From: Isurus oxyrinchus
Taxonomy: Eukaryota
Reading direction: 5' to 3'
Length of the DNA stretch: 64,000 bases
Assembly: GCA_026770705.1 (NCBI GenBank)
Contig: JANJGN010000006.1
Location: 3,348,001 to 3,412,000 of the forward strand
In this document: positions 63,593 to 64,000 of the stretch, in pieces
How the letters are laid out: each line of letters starts with the position of its first letter
How positions within the stretch are numbered: the first letter of the stretch is position 1
Made by a program: the position numbers and the translations under genes
Notes under the pieces: model-generated
What the model was told of the DNA's origin: nothing
Databases searched by the model: none
What the model saw: only the letters and a program-made list of their open reading frames with translations

Positions 63593-64000
63593 ATAATAAA
63601 AACAAAGAAAACTGAGGATGCTGAAAATCCAAAACAAAAACAGAATTACCTGGAAAAACTCAGCAGGTCTGGCAGCATCGGTGGAGAAGAAAAGAGTTGA
63701 CGTTTCGAGTCCTCATGACCCTTCGACAGAACTTGATTTCGAGTCCAAGAAAGAGTTGAAATATAAGCTGGTTTAAGGTGTGTGTGTGGGGGGGTGGAGA
63801 GATAGAGAGAGAGAGAGGTGCTTGTGTAGACAAATAAGCAGTGATAGAAGCAGATCATCAAAAGATGTCAGCGACAATGGTACAAAAGAACACATAGGTG
63901 TTAAAGTTAAAGTTGGTGATATTATCTAAACGAATGTGCTAATTAAGAATGGATGGTAGGGCACTCAAGGTACAGCTCTAGTGGGGGTGGGGGGAGCATA
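63593..64000 (-). mobile_element. Penelope-like element 3' end, near-identical to 58815-59190
   Basis: Shared CCTGGAAAAACTCAGCAGGTCTGGCAGCATC..GTTGACGTTTCGAGTCCTCATGACCCTTCGACAGAAC. Confidence 0.88.
63694..63734 (-). ncRNA. Second copy of the hammerhead-like motif
   Basis: Same sequence as 58878-58918. Confidence 0.5.

Overview
Eukaryotic (vertebrate) DNA, by its repeat content most likely from a shark or other chondrichthyan (inference). Two host genes lie tail to tail. On + is a complete two-exon sox7 (CDS 17528-17756 + 26213-27078, 364 aa). On - are three coding exons of a C8orf74 homolog (56156-55964, 41193-40790, 30941-30741); its short first coding exon was not found. This pairing matches human 8p23.1. 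The rest is densely nested mobile DNA: CR1/L2/RTE LINEs, SINEs, Penelope-like elements with hammerhead-ribozyme-like motifs, PIF/Harbinger transposons (one full-length two-gene copy plus many MITEs), a hAT MITE and solo LTRs. Most short ORFs in the track are spurious or decayed transposon frames. I see no convincing wholly new biological system. The most noteworthy observations are a fossil duplicate of C8orf74 exon 3 split by three insertions, inverted CR1 copies flanking the real exon 3, variant hammerhead motifs, two apparent locally templated insertions and an R->Q change in the Sox7 HMG box. All alignments were done by eye; repeat boundaries without TSDs are approximate.
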